64,000 nt of DNA from Candidatus Iainarchaeum sp. (GCA_026413945.1 JAOAJX010000005.1:1-64000), one strand, 5' to 3'. Shown: positions 37,240 to 46,892, counted from the first letter of the stretch. The notes: a model not told the origin generated them from the sequence alone. Numbers and translations: made by a program.

Positions 37240-37983
37240 TCAGTTCTTTGTATCTGCCCAGCTCCTTTCAAAGTGCTGCCTAAGTGGCTCTATCAAAGGA
37301 GCATTATTCCAAACCGCGAAACAGTATTCTTCACCTTCTTTTTTTAAATCACCAAGTGCAATAATCAATTTTTTATTGTCTACTATATATGCTTCAAGAC
37401 CATGCTGTGCTGATTTGATATCGACACCATATTTAAGTATATCTTCAAGCTCACCTGCTTTTGGGTGTAATATCTTTACCTGCACATTCTTTTCCTTAAG
37501 TCCTTTTATTGCTTTTTTGATTGGTACATGCTTTGCCAGAATCTCGGCAAAGCCAAGAAGTGAGCTTTCTGCACTTTGCAATTCAAGAGCAATCATTTTT
37601 ATGAAATCATTTTTGTCCTTGACTCTCAGGATTCTCGTACCCGATTCTTCTGCAACTTTGGATGATTTTAGTGCTTCCTTCGCCTTCTCCGCACTTTCTA
37701 TTAGCGCCGAGAATCGCTTTTTTTTCTCCTCAACAAGAATATTCAGTACCTCTTCAGGCTCTTTTGCAACATATCTTTTTGGCCTACCCTGGAGTTTTAT
37801 CACTAAATTTTTTGAAGCTAAATCATCGAGAACATCATAAATCCTTGTTTTTGGTACTTCAGCCAATCTTGAAAGTTCCGGGGCTTTTACTTCTTTCATA
37901 CGTGTAAGAGCGCTCAGCGTCTTTGATTCATATTCTGTGAGTCCTAAATCTTGAAAGAGCGTAATAAGATTTTCCTTTTTCAT
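37240..37983 (-). CDS. TrmB family transcriptional regulator
   Basis: LGLTEYE...ELS...VP.TRIYDVL..L..K.LV....GRP..Y wHTH followed by a C-terminal effector domain. Confidence 0.88.
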   Translation of the reverse strand: MKKENLITLFQDLGLTEYESKTLSALTRMKEVKAPELSRLAEVPKTRIYDVLDDLASKNLVIKLQGRPKRYVAKEPEEVLNILVEEKKKRFSALIESAEKAKEALKSSKVAEESGTRILRVKDKNDFIKMIALELQSAESSLLGFAEILAKHVPIKKAIKGLKEKNVQVKILHPKAGELEDILKYGVDIKSAQHGLEAYIVDNKKLIIALGDLKKEGEEYCFAVWNNAPLIEPLRQHFERSWADTKN

Positions 37984-38111
37984 ATAACCACCTTTTGAAC
38001 TTGGTGAAACGACAATTTATTTATTTTTTTTCTATATTATTACATCTTCATAATTTATAATTGTTACATATAAACAAAAATCAGATATTACGACTTTTTT
38101 TGCCAGAACAC

Positions 38112-38909
38112 TTATAAAAAAACTATTCCAGCATAGCCTACAACATTTGCGTAATCTTTGCTAAAACTCGCAGAAGTGGAATATTCAATAAGTTGGGCCT
38201 TTTTTCTTCCGATCATTTTGCAGTACTGGAGCAAAACCGTTATTGGCGAGACGCCACATATGCTGAAGTTTCTCCCAGTTGCCAGTTCATAAAACTCGCG
38301 TGGGCTTATCTTCTTTATAATATCAATTGCTAACAAATCTTTTTCTTTTGCACTCCTCTCAGTTACAAAATGTGAGAAGTCACTAGAAGCAACAACATTA
38401 AAATCATTTTCTTTAGCATTTTCCGCAATTATTTTGCCAAATTCAACAAGTTTTTCAAATTCAGTGGTTGCTATTGTCACTGGCACAACTTTTATTGGCC
38501 TAAACCTGTGCTGTAACAATGGTAATATTACTTCGATTGAGTGCTCCGCTATATGCGCAGATTCATCAAAATCTGCAAATCCTTTTTGCTGTAATCTCTT
38601 GGAGAGCCCTTTATCAACCTTCACTTTACCGAGCGGGGTAATCCATGAGTCGCTTTCACTCAAAGCTATATCACAACCCATGCCAGTATGATTTGGACTT
38701 AAAATAATGAATCTTTCCTTTTTTTCCAACAAAGCAATTGTTTTTGCGGCAACTCTGCCGCTGTAATTGTAACCAGCATGCGGTACAATCGCCTCAGACG
38801 CTTTTTCGAAGAACTCAATTCTATTAAAAAGATTAGCAATATTTTCTTGTAATTTTGTTCTGCCTGAAGGATAAAACAATCCACAAACAGCAGGAATCCT
38901 ATCGCCCAT
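38112..38909 (-). CDS. MEMO1 family protein
   Basis: PAV.G.FYP, PHAGY.YSG, PNHTG, EHSIEV, SSDFSH and VGYA motifs. Confidence 0.92.
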   Translation of the reverse strand: MGDRIPAVCGLFYPSGRTKLQENIANLFNRIEFFEKASEAIVPHAGYNYSGRVAAKTIALLEKKERFIILSPNHTGMGCDIALSESDSWITPLGKVKVDKGLSKRLQQKGFADFDESAHIAEHSIEVILPLLQHRFRPIKVVPVTIATTEFEKLVEFGKIIAENAKENDFNVVASSDFSHFVTERSAKEKDLLAIDIIKKISPREFYELATGRNFSICGVSPITVLLQYCKMIGRKKAQLIEYSTSASFSKDYANVVGYAGIVFL

Positions 38910-38947
38910 ATTTAAAATTAGTCCAAATTTAGTTAAAATTTTTTCTG

Positions 38948-39580
38948 TTATTTATTTTGCATCAGGTTTTCAGATTCCTTGCCTTTTTGTTTGGACTCAA
39001 AGTCCTCAACCTTCAGGTTGAATGGCTTTTCTTTCTTTTGGCCTTTAGCTTTTAATATTTCTCTTGCCAACAGCCAGTAAACGAGAGCCAAACTTTTCTT
39101 TCCCTTGTTATTACAAGGTATAATCAAATCAACAAATTCAGTGCCATTATCCGTACTGCACATGGCCACAATTATGCTATGTTGCCTCGCTGCTTCCTCC
39201 AGTGCTTGACGGTCGTTAGTAGTATCTGTTATTATTACAAGATCTGGCTCAAAAAAACCTTTCATCTGAGGGTTTGTCATTGTCCCCGGAATATAGCGCC
39301 CATATATTGCTCTAGCCCCAGTGACTTCTGCAAATTTTTTTATCGGTTCTCTGCCATACTCTTTTTGCGAAACAACAGCAATTTTTTCTGTGTTGAAAGT
39401 GGCTATAAATCTGCTTGCTATGCGTATCCTTTCATCTATTGTTCCGATATCTAAAACCTTCAATCTGTCCGACCTTTTCTTAAATATGAAGCGGCGCATT
39501 CCCTCGCTTTTGTATTTGGCACCAATATGTATGCCTGCTTGCAAATAATCCTTTGCTGCAATCAAAGTTTTAGTTACCAA
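38948..39580 (-). CDS. rps2: 30S ribosomal protein uS2
   Basis: YL.AG.HIG, GRYIPGT.TN and IP.NNKG.KSL motifs. Confidence 0.95.
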   Translation of the reverse strand: MVTKTLIAAKDYLQAGIHIGAKYKSEGMRRFIFKKRSDRLKVLDIGTIDERIRIASRFIATFNTEKIAVVSQKEYGREPIKKFAEVTGARAIYGRYIPGTMTNPQMKGFFEPDLVIITDTTNDRQALEEAARQHSIIVAMCSTDNGTEFVDLIIPCNNKGKKSLALVYWLLAREILKAKGQKKEKPFNLKVEDFESKQKGKESENLMQNK

Positions 39581-39598
39581 GTTATCACCATATTATAA

Positions 39599-39793
39599 TT
39601 ATATAGAAAACTTCATTAGATCATCTATTACTTCAACATGTGTTAGAAGCATCCGCCTGCAACAGTATCTTTTCACACCCATTTCATCTAGTACTTCTTT
39701 GGGATTCTTACCTTTTCTAACTTCTTCCTCGAATTTCTTATGCAAATCCCCAACAACACTTCCGCAACTAAAACACCTTACAGGTATTATCAT
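39599..39793 (-). CDS. rpo10: RNA polymerase subunit Rpo10 (N)
   Basis: MIIPVRCFSCG...RYCCRRM; the ORF-track N-terminal extension overlaps rps9 and is spurious. Confidence 0.95.
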   Translation of the reverse strand: MIIPVRCFSCGSVVGDLHKKFEEEVRKGKNPKEVLDEMGVKRYCCRRMLLTHVEVIDDLMKFSI

Positions 39794-39797
39794 TATA

Positions 39798-40211
39798 TCA
39801 CCTTTTTGTTTTCTGCCTTTTCTTTCTTGCACCTTTTCCAAGAGGTTTTTTGCTTTCTTTTCTTCGTGGGTCATCAACAAGCAAGAGCCTATCATATTGC
39901 CTGAACTTTTTCTCAAGGTTTTTGTCCTTGCTAACTTTAACAAGTGCCTTTGCAATTGCACTTCTTGCACAGACAGCTTGGGCCATTGCCCCACCACCAG
40001 ACGCTTTAACCACGATATCAAATTTTTTTGCAATTTCTCCTGCCAAAATAAGTGGTTCCTCAATAAAAACTTTCACATATTTTGGCTCTATTGTGCTCAG
40101 ATCCCTCTTGTTTATTGAGACCTTTCCAGAGCCTTCCTTTATGATAGCCCTGGCAACTGCAGATTTTTTCTTAGACACAAAAATTAATCTTTTTTTACCT
40201 TTTTTTACCAT
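39798..40211 (-). CDS. rps9: 30S ribosomal protein uS9
   Basis: A.ARA...G.G...IN, GGG...QA and YDR.LLV.D.RR.E.KK..G.GAR motifs. Confidence 0.95.
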   Translation of the reverse strand: MVKKGKKRLIFVSKKKSAVARAIIKEGSGKVSINKRDLSTIEPKYVKVFIEEPLILAGEIAKKFDIVVKASGGGAMAQAVCARSAIAKALVKVSKDKNLEKKFRQYDRLLLVDDPRRKESKKPLGKGARKKRQKTKR

Positions 40212-40213
40212 AT

Positions 40214-40636
40214 TTACCACTTTGCGCCAAGTTTTTTACAAAGCTCTTCTAATGATATAGCAGCCTCTTTCCCATTGTATTTCGCAATCCTTATATTTTC
40301 TGCTTTATTCGCATCTAAACCTTTCGGAATACCGATGAAAACCCTTACTCTTTTTTCTGCCTTTTTGCCACGGTTCGTTTTATTTGGAAGCATACCAGTG
40401 ATTGCTTTTTTAAGTATTTTATCTGGTCTTTTAGGGAATTTTGGACCTCTCTCTGGATTGCCTTTTCTGGTCAAATTTATCCTTCTTCGCCACCTTTGCA
40501 CAACTACTTCTTCTTGGCCAATAACAACTGCTTTTTCGGCATTAATAATATCAATTCTTTCCCCCATTAATGCTCTTTGCGCAACTATGCTTGACAGTCT
40601 CCCCACCACATGTTCTTTAGCATCTATTATTGCCAT
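40214..40636 (-). CDS. rpl13: 50S ribosomal protein uL13
   Basis: IDA....GRL.S.VA, INAEK and GP..PKRPD...GMLP motifs. Confidence 0.95.
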   Translation of the reverse strand: MAIIDAKEHVVGRLSSIVAQRALMGERIDIINAEKAVVIGQEEVVVQRWRRRINLTRKGNPERGPKFPKRPDKILKKAITGMLPNKTNRGKKAEKRVRVFIGIPKGLDANKAENIRIAKYNGKEAAISLEELCKKLGAKW

Positions 40637-40644
40637 ATAGCCAC

Positions 40645-41001
40645 CTATTTTACAATAATTAATTTACTTCCTTCTATTTTTTTATCAATGATCTCAGCTA
40701 AATATTGAACGTTGCCACCTTTTTCTAGAATCTTTTGCTCTGCACTTTTACTAACATCAAGCGCAATAACCTTTATTGGTAAAGCAATGTCACCATTGCC
40801 TAGGACCTTGCCAGGAACAACAAATATTTTATCATTATTTTTCTTGCCTAATCTATCAAGATCATAAAGATTTACAACAGCCATTGTTCTAGTTGGTTTT
40901 TCAATACATTCAGCTATTCTTCTCCATATCATTTGTTTATCGGATATTGCTTTTTTTTTGAGTTCGTTGATTAATTCTATTGTTTTTGATTTCTTATTCA
41001 T
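40645..41001 (-). CDS. rpl18e: 50S ribosomal protein eL18
   Basis: IW..IA, VNL, VVPGKVLG.G and S.SA..KI...GG motifs. Confidence 0.93.
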   Translation of the reverse strand: MNKKSKTIELINELKKKAISDKQMIWRRIAECIEKPTRTMAVVNLYDLDRLGKKNNDKIFVVPGKVLGNGDIALPIKVIALDVSKSAEQKILEKGGNVQYLAEIIDKKIEGSKLIIVK

Positions 41002-41037
41002 AAGACCATCTCTTGCAAGTATTTTTCAGATCAGCAT

Positions 41038-41138
41038 TGCAGGAGGGCGGATTCGAACCGCCGAAGGCACTAAGCCACAGGATTTCTAAACCAAGGGGCT
41101 CTTAAGTCCTGCCCCTTTGGCCGCTCGGGCACTCCTGC
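41038..41138 (-). tRNA. tRNA-Leu(TAA) with a 17-nt intron at 37/38 (41084-41100); CCA not encoded
   Basis: Acceptor stem GCAGGAG/CTCCTGC plus A73, anticodon stem CAGGA/TCCTG, loop CT-TAA-G|intron|A, long variable arm and GGTTCGAATCC T arm. Confidence 0.92.
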
Positions 41139-41139
41139 A

Positions 41140-41889
41140 TCATTTCAATTTCTTAAGCTCATCTTCAAATTTTTCGCACCTCTCTCTAATTGCCTCTATT
41201 GCTTTTTCAAGAACCAATGCCGGTTTCAAAGAACCATAAGTCTCGACTTTTAGTATGAAACTATTATTTGTAAGGTTAAGCTTCAGTTTCCCATTGCTAG
41301 CTTCTTCACAGCAAAAGCAAAGATCACAGCTTTCAGGCCTTTCGATTAACACTTTACCAGCTCTGTATTCGAGTATTTTTTTTGGACATGAATTCAAAAC
41401 GTTTTTGGCGGTTTTTTCATCCACTTCTCCATCAAGTTTAGGTAATTCGTAGTATGCTATTAGTGCTGGCTGCCATTTTGCATGTTCTCTTCCTGTATCA
41501 ACAACAGCCTCCATTTCGAAGAAGATTTGTTGACCATCCTTAAGCTTTACTATTGGGACATCTTTGGCCGTAATTTCCACATTTGGGTCAGAACACTTTA
41601 TATCTGCACTAGTAACTACTTTTGGACCTCGTTCTTTCAACACGAGTTTTACCTTGTCGCCTTTTTTATATATCTTAGGATCGGTTTTTATAGGCAAAAG
41701 TGCCAATCGCATTCCAATATACTCATCAAAAAGAACAGAAGAGTTTTTATGAATCGCTATGTTTTCAACCGCTAACACCGGAACATCGCTCATAGCACAT
41801 CTACGAATTGCGTTCATTACTTTTGTATTCGTGCCAATTATTTTTAGTACGCAAATTTTTTCATTTTCTTCAATCTTCCTTATGTTCAT
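41140..41889 (-). CDS. rpo3: RNA polymerase subunit Rpo3 (D)
   Basis: NAIRR...VP.LA, N.S.LFDE...RLAL.P, PIVKL..GQ and EHAKWQP motifs; Fe-S-type Cys (CP...CDLC.CC). Confidence 0.94.
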   Translation of the reverse strand: MNIRKIEENEKICVLKIIGTNTKVMNAIRRCAMSDVPVLAVENIAIHKNSSVLFDEYIGMRLALLPIKTDPKIYKKGDKVKLVLKERGPKVVTSADIKCSDPNVEITAKDVPIVKLKDGQQIFFEMEAVVDTGREHAKWQPALIAYYELPKLDGEVDEKTAKNVLNSCPKKILEYRAGKVLIERPESCDLCFCCEEASNGKLKLNLTNNSFILKVETYGSLKPALVLEKAIEAIRERCEKFEDELKKLK

Positions 41890-41898
41890 ATAAAAACC

Positions 41899-42297
41899 TC
41901 ATTTCTTCTTCCTAAACTTTTTCTTCTTTCTACAGCCGTCATGCGGGATAGGGGTAACATTTTCTATATGCTTTATTTGCAAACCATTTCTCGTAAGGCT
42001 TCTTATTGCTGCTTCACTTCCTTTGCCAGGAGCAGTACTTTTGTTACCACCCGGGCCACGTACTCTTACTGTTACTGAATATATGCCCATTTCCCGAGCT
42101 TTTTGCGCTATAATCTCAGCAACTTTCATAGCAGTATATGGCGTACCTTGCTTATGATCTGCTTTTTCTACCATGCCTCCAGTGCATTTTGCTATTGTTT
42201 CCGCACAAGTTATGTCTGTTAGAAGCATCAATATGTTATTAGGAGAAGAATATATGTGCACTACTCCCTCCTTTGTTTTTTCACTCATCTGAGCCAC
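41899..42297 (-). CDS. rps11: 30S ribosomal protein uS11
   Basis: HIYSS.NN, GGM..KAD, PY.AM and [10 protein letters not shown] motifs. Confidence 0.93.
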   Translation of the reverse strand: MAQMSEKTKEGVVHIYSSPNNILMLLTDITCAETIAKCTGGMVEKADHKQGTPYTAMKVAEIIAQKAREMGIYSVTVRVRGPGGNKSTAPGKGSEAAIRSLTRNGLQIKHIENVTPIPHDGCRKKKKFRKKK

Positions 42298-42823
42298 CTC
42301 TAGATTTGGTCTTTACCTGTTGTATAGCCATTATTTTTTCCCCTATCTTCGGGTCGGCGAATTTTACAGTATCCTCTTCTCTCTTAAGTACTAAATAACC
42401 TGGAGCGGATACAATGCGACCACCTACACTTATATGGCCATGAGTTATCAATTGTCTCGATTGTCTCATAGTTCTAGCAAGGCCTTTTTTCACAACTATT
42501 GTTTGGAGTCTTCTTTCGAGCAATCCCTCAACCTTTATTCCCAAAACATCATCTATTGTTGCATCTTTCTTCAAAAGCCCTACCTTTTCCAAGCTTTCTA
42601 TTAAGGCTCTTTGCTGTTCAACTCTTTTTTCCAGGGGTACTGCAAGCAGTTTTCTAGCTACAATCCGCTTTCTCTTAAGGTATGCTTGCAAAATTAAGAG
42701 TTCTCTTCTATTCTTTAAACCATATTTTTTGCATAGCTCTTTTCTCTGTGTTATTTCATCTTTTTCCCAGGGTTTCCTTGGATTTTCATACTTATTTTTA
42801 GGCCTTTTAGGATCTCCCATCAA
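42281..42823 (-). CDS. rps4: 30S ribosomal protein uS4
   Basis: MGDPK, YGLKN.RE, LERRLQT and RQLITHGHI motifs. Confidence 0.95.
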   Translation of the reverse strand: MMGDPKRPKNKYENPRKPWEKDEITQRKELCKKYGLKNRRELLILQAYLKRKRIVARKLLAVPLEKRVEQQRALIESLEKVGLLKKDATIDDVLGIKVEGLLERRLQTIVVKKGLARTMRQSRQLITHGHISVGGRIVSAPGYLVLKREEDTVKFADPKIGEKIMAIQQVKTKSRGGSDE

Positions 42824-42829
42824 AACACC

Positions 42830-43426
42830 TTATTTTTCTTTAGACTCTCCTTTTTTTGGCGCTGAAGCTGCTTTTACTTCTTTCTTTATTACTCCAACAA
42901 TCGAGCCTTTGCCTCTGTGTGTGCTCTTGGTCCTTTGGCCTCTGACAGTTAAGCCCCAAGCCAACCTGAGGCCCCTATAACTTTTTATGATGTTCAGCCT
43001 TTTTAGATCTTCTCTTACCGCAAAGTCCAAATCACCCATTATTTTTTGCTCTGAGCTTGCATTATAAAAATTCTTTCTTCTGTTCAAGCACCATTCAGGT
43101 AAGTTAATTTTTTCAGGATTCGTAACTATTGACTCTAGCTTAGAGAGTTGTTCATCACTTAATTTTCCAATTTTTTCATCAAATTTTATGCCTTCAATTC
43201 TTTCAAACTCTTTTGCGAAAATCATGGCCAGATTACGCCCAATTCCCTTTATTTTAGTAAGGGCTTGATATATTGGTTTGTTTCCATCAAGATCTACTGA
43301 ACAAAACCTCACAATGTACCTTAATGAACTTTCTTTTGCTTTGCTTTGTGTACTAGTTTCATTAAGATTTGGCTTTTCCATTTTTTTCTCTGCTTCTTTC
43401 TCTTTTTTGCTGCTCATTTCACTCAA
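42830..43426 (-). CDS. rps13: 30S ribosomal protein uS13
   Basis: IVR...DLDG, LT.IKGIG and SYRGLR...GL.VRGQRTKS motifs. Confidence 0.95.
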   Translation of the reverse strand: MSEMSSKKEKEAEKKMEKPNLNETSTQSKAKESSLRYIVRFCSVDLDGNKPIYQALTKIKGIGRNLAMIFAKEFERIEGIKFDEKIGKLSDEQLSKLESIVTNPEKINLPEWCLNRRKNFYNASSEQKIMGDLDFAVREDLKRLNIIKSYRGLRLAWGLTVRGQRTKSTHRGKGSIVGVIKKEVKAASAPKKGESKEK

Positions 43427-43640
43427 CCTTTTGCATAATTTTTACTATTTCTTCCACAGATTTGTTTTTAATATCAATCTTTTCTTTTGTGGGAAATAAA
43501 TGCCTTATGCTGCATTTTTCCTTCTTTCCACTTTTGTAAATTATCTCGGCTCTATTTTCTTGAGTGTTAATGACAATTGCTTTTTCTCCAGCTTTCCGAC
43601 CGTTGCTTTTATAGCAAATTCTTCCAACCTCAAGTACCAT
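43419..43640 (-). CDS. rpl14e: 50S ribosomal protein eL14
   Basis: EVGR.C.K..GR.AG and HL.PT..KI.I motifs. Confidence 0.88.
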   Translation of the reverse strand: MVLEVGRICYKSNGRKAGEKAIVINTQENRAEIIYKSGKKEKCSIRHLFPTKEKIDIKNKSVEEIVKIMQKVE

Positions 43641-43644
43641 AGAA

Positions 43645-44166
43645 TCACCTTACAGCCTTAAGCCCTTTAAGATATTTTATTATTACTGCAGCACAATCTT
43701 CCTGTGATATTTTATCAATGTTTATTGCAAGATCAAAATTTTTAGCATCATATATGTTTATTCCCAAAAGGGACAGCATGTTAGTCTTCAATTCATTTTC
43801 CTCTTCATTGAGCATTTCTCTTGCAGCCCCGATAGGTATTTTATCTCTTACTGTGATTTTTTCAGCCCGTGCTTTCTGAGATGAATATAAAAAAATCCTA
43901 ACCGCATTATCCATAACCCAACAAGCTATTGGCCAATCAATTATAACGTGAGCATTTTTTGATTCTTCTTCTATTACCTCCTTAAGCTTTTCCGCAAACT
44001 TCTCCTCTAAAAACATACCTTTTGAATAACATTTTTCTTCGCATTTTTTTATAGTTCTGTCCACAAGCTTTTCTTTGGTTAAATATTTCATACCAAGCTG
44101 TAGCGCCAATAGCTTACTTATTTTTTCAACTCCACTACCTGGCAATGAATTTAATGTTATGATCAT
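43645..44166 (-). CDS. Cytidylate kinase-like protein with a degenerate P-loop
   Basis: Cmk fold features (RA..I..R, GINI.D...FDL.IN) and cmk synteny; the P-loop reads SLPGSGVE. Confidence 0.7.
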   Translation of the reverse strand: MIITLNSLPGSGVEKISKLLALQLGMKYLTKEKLVDRTIKKCEEKCYSKGMFLEEKFAEKLKEVIEEESKNAHVIIDWPIACWVMDNAVRIFLYSSQKARAEKITVRDKIPIGAAREMLNEEENELKTNMLSLLGINIYDAKNFDLAINIDKISQEDCAAVIIKYLKGLKAVR

Positions 44167-44189
44167 CCTAATACCAATATACTTTATCG

Positions 44190-44513
44190 TTAAAATGATT
44201 TTAAAGCCTGCTCTATATACTTTATCTCTCTTATATCACAGTTTTTTAGCCCCTTTACACCTTCTCTAACCTTTATTGCTTCTTCTATTACCACACGGCG
44301 GCATTTGTTGCATAAAATGCCTGCCAATAAAGCCGAAGGCCTTTTTTCACTCTTACTTATGTTTTTTGCTTGCTTTGTTCCAGCAAGCTTTGATTTGCAC
44401 AAAGCGCATGAAGCCTTTCCTTTTTTTGATTTCTTTTCAAAATAAATATTAACGCGCCCAGAAGGCGTCCTGCGATAAATTTTTTTCCTTGAGCTTTTTG
44501 CTTTTTTACCCAT
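44190..44513 (-). CDS. rpl34e: 50S ribosomal protein eL34
   Basis: RTPSG, CALC...L.G and K.EKRP....G.LC..C motifs. Confidence 0.92.
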   Translation of the reverse strand: MGKKAKSSRKKIYRRTPSGRVNIYFEKKSKKGKASCALCKSKLAGTKQAKNISKSEKRPSALLAGILCNKCRRVVIEEAIKVREGVKGLKNCDIREIKYIEQALKSF

Positions 44514-44525
44514 GTTTGCACCCCA

Positions 44526-44945
44526 TCAATCTTCAAATCTTTTTAGCAGTAGTTGTAGCAAAAGAGATGCCATCATTGAAACTATTACATAATACCAAAC
44601 CCAGGAATTGACTACTGGGAAAGAATGTCCGCTATATCGGTTGCTAAGAATAGGCCACAAAAAAAGAAAAGACCCAATTGAAATAAACATTATTGGCAAA
44701 GATGCTTTCATCATACTAAGATTCATCTCCACGATTTCAATATTTAACTGGTTCAGGCGTTCTTGTGATGCCCTATCAGTTTTTTTCATAAGCTCTCTGG
44801 CTTCTTTGCCTTTTTCTTTCAGCTTCTTTAAAGCATCTTTCCCAACAGTCTTTCTCCTTATAAAGTGGCCTAATATACCGAAAGCAATTGCTATTGTTAC
44901 CGCAATCATGAATAATTCTATCTCTGGCGAAAGCTCAAAATACAT
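44526..44945 (-). CDS. DUF106/EMC3-like (Oxa1 superfamily) membrane protein
   Basis: TM-coiled coil-TM architecture and W.WYY..S motif; position downstream of secY. Confidence 0.78.
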   Translation of the reverse strand: MYFELSPEIELFMIAVTIAIAFGILGHFIRRKTVGKDALKKLKEKGKEARELMKKTDRASQERLNQLNIEIVEMNLSMMKASLPIMFISIGSFLFLWPILSNRYSGHSFPVVNSWVWYYVIVSMMASLLLQLLLKRFED

Positions 44946-45019
44946 TTAAACACCTTTTGGGAAATAGCGTAATCTTATATTAAAAAATTGTCTGCTAAAG
45001 TATAAAAACACTACATCAC

Positions 45020-46435
45020 CTATTTCAGAAGCCTCTTAAACAAAGGATGCATTTCTTGCACCTTAAGCCTTGTGAGCTGCTCATATAGGTTTTGTATTAT
45101 GCCAACTGTGAGCAATATGCCTGTGCCTGATGTGAGCGCACCTAAGCTCATATCACCTATACCTGAAAGAAGCGCTATGAACAAAGAACCAAGAACAACA
45201 ATGGTTGGTATGTACCTTTCAAGTATTTTAACTGTGACCCTACTATCACGCCTGAAGCCAGGAATATACATGCCAGAACTTTCAAGCTGCTCAGCAATAT
45301 CTTCTGGGCTTTGGCCACCAATAGTTATCCAAAGTTTGCCAAAAATCACACAAGTTGCGCTAAATATTATCAAGAATATAATTGCTTGAACAATCTTCAA
45401 ATTGTACGGCTCCGCGAATATAACCCAAAAACCATTACCACTTACTTGAATAGCTAGGTTTAGGAGTAGGTTTCTTATGCCTTCATCCTTACCATCTTTG
45501 AACTTTGCCCAAATACCAGCATCTCCCTTGGGAAGCATTTCTTCTTTCAAAGGTTGTCCCGTAGCCCACGTGAGTGCTCTTCCAATATCTCCAACAACAG
45601 GAGTATCTTTAAACATTACCGTTAGCAGTGATATATTTGCAAAAAGCGCAGAAGCAAATATCACTGGAAGAACAGAAACATAAAGTAACCTAACAGGGAA
45701 CCTGCCACCCAAACCACCACGTCCTATAGTTATTGGTATGTTTATGTATATTGACTGTGCATATATAACAATCAGGAACAAAATTATCATTGCAATAACG
45801 CGTATGATATCAACTATGTTTGGCGATAAAAACAATTTCCAAAAAATACCTGCTCCTCGTACTTCAGAAACTTGCGGCATAAAAAGCTCTGAAATTATGT
45901 GGCTGCTTACACCACCCGCTATAAACAAGCTTATCCCAGAACCAAAGCCGTATTTTCCTATAAGATCGTCAAGATAGAATATAATTATTGAACCTAATAT
46001 TATCTGCAGACTAAGAAGGAACACGTCGCCCTGAATTAACCCACTCATTGGGTAAATAAAACCCTCAAAAACACAGAAAATTATTACAGCTAACTTTTGT
46101 ATGTTTTGGAACTGTGCTCGACCTTTTGGATCACTCAAGTCAATGTCCAGTAATTTCGCACCAACTACAAGTTGTAATAACAATGATGCAAAAACAATTG
46201 GTCCTATGCCAGCTGTTGCTAGCGTTCCAATAGTGCTTCCCATTATAATCCAAACATCAATTTGTAGGCTAGATTGGTATTTGAGTCCCAACAATTTTAT
46301 ATGGCCTAGTGCAAAGAATATTAAAAGTGCTAAAGCACTCCATATCAGGCGCTTTTTAACAGGCACTTCGCCAAGAGGTCTTTTAACCTCTGGAATGTAT
46401 GATGAAATTCTTGATAAAGTATCAACTAACGACAT
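45020..46435 (-). CDS. secY: Protein translocase subunit SecY
   Basis: PEV..P, GTL...GIGPIV, GSGISLFI, Y.S..PVI, IPGFRRD and GTGILL.V motifs. Confidence 0.96.
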   Translation of the reverse strand: MSLVDTLSRISSYIPEVKRPLGEVPVKKRLIWSALALLIFFALGHIKLLGLKYQSSLQIDVWIIMGSTIGTLATAGIGPIVFASLLLQLVVGAKLLDIDLSDPKGRAQFQNIQKLAVIIFCVFEGFIYPMSGLIQGDVFLLSLQIILGSIIIFYLDDLIGKYGFGSGISLFIAGGVSSHIISELFMPQVSEVRGAGIFWKLFLSPNIVDIIRVIAMIILFLIVIYAQSIYINIPITIGRGGLGGRFPVRLLYVSVLPVIFASALFANISLLTVMFKDTPVVGDIGRALTWATGQPLKEEMLPKGDAGIWAKFKDGKDEGIRNLLLNLAIQVSGNGFWVIFAEPYNLKIVQAIIFLIIFSATCVIFGKLWITIGGQSPEDIAEQLESSGMYIPGFRRDSRVTVKILERYIPTIVVLGSLFIALLSGIGDMSLGALTSGTGILLTVGIIQNLYEQLTRLKVQEMHPLFKRLLK

Positions 46436-46443
46436 TATTTCAC

Positions 46444-46884
46444 CTATTTTTTATTTTCATCAGCTCCCTGAATTTCAGATACAAAAACACCGCCTGCAGC
46501 CAATATTTTCTCCTTTGCCTTTTTTGATGGAACCGCATTCAGTACCATTAGTTTTGTCTTTACGATGCCATTTGACAATATTCTTTCAAAACCTAATTTT
46601 TTACCATCAACAACTACAAAACCATCCTTCGAATCTATTTTTCCACTAGATTTAAGCTTCTCCAATAACTTCTCCAACTTTCTTATACTGATAGCAGCTT
46701 TTTTTGCCCTTGGCTTTAATCTTTTTTTCGGTTCCTCATTTCTGAAAAGCATAAACTTATGCTTTTTGGCTCCAGCTCTGCCGCAACCACCTCTTGAGCC
46801 GCCGCCACGCTTGTTTTTAGTGTCACCTTTGCCATGAGTCCTATGACCTCTTAACTTTTCCTTCTTCTTTCTTTTCCTTACCAT
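46444..46884 (-). CDS. rpl15: 50S ribosomal protein uL15
   Basis: RG.RTHG.G....RG.GSRGG.G.AG and A.EKI..AGG motifs. Confidence 0.94.
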   Translation of the reverse strand: MVRKRKKKEKLRGHRTHGKGDTKNKRGGGSRGGCGRAGAKKHKFMLFRNEEPKKRLKPRAKKAAISIRKLEKLLEKLKSSGKIDSKDGFVVVDGKKLGFERILSNGIVKTKLMVLNAVPSKKAKEKILAAGGVFVSEIQGADENKK

Positions 46885-46892
46885 AAAAGCAC

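Noticed and set aside
37984-38111. TrmB autoregulatory operator (TTACAT twice)
   Set aside because: Short AT-rich matches are expected by chance at this composition.
39794-40063. N-terminal extension of Rpo10 in the ORF track
   Set aside because: It overlaps rps9 in another frame; the canonical MIIPVRC start has its own GGTGA SD.
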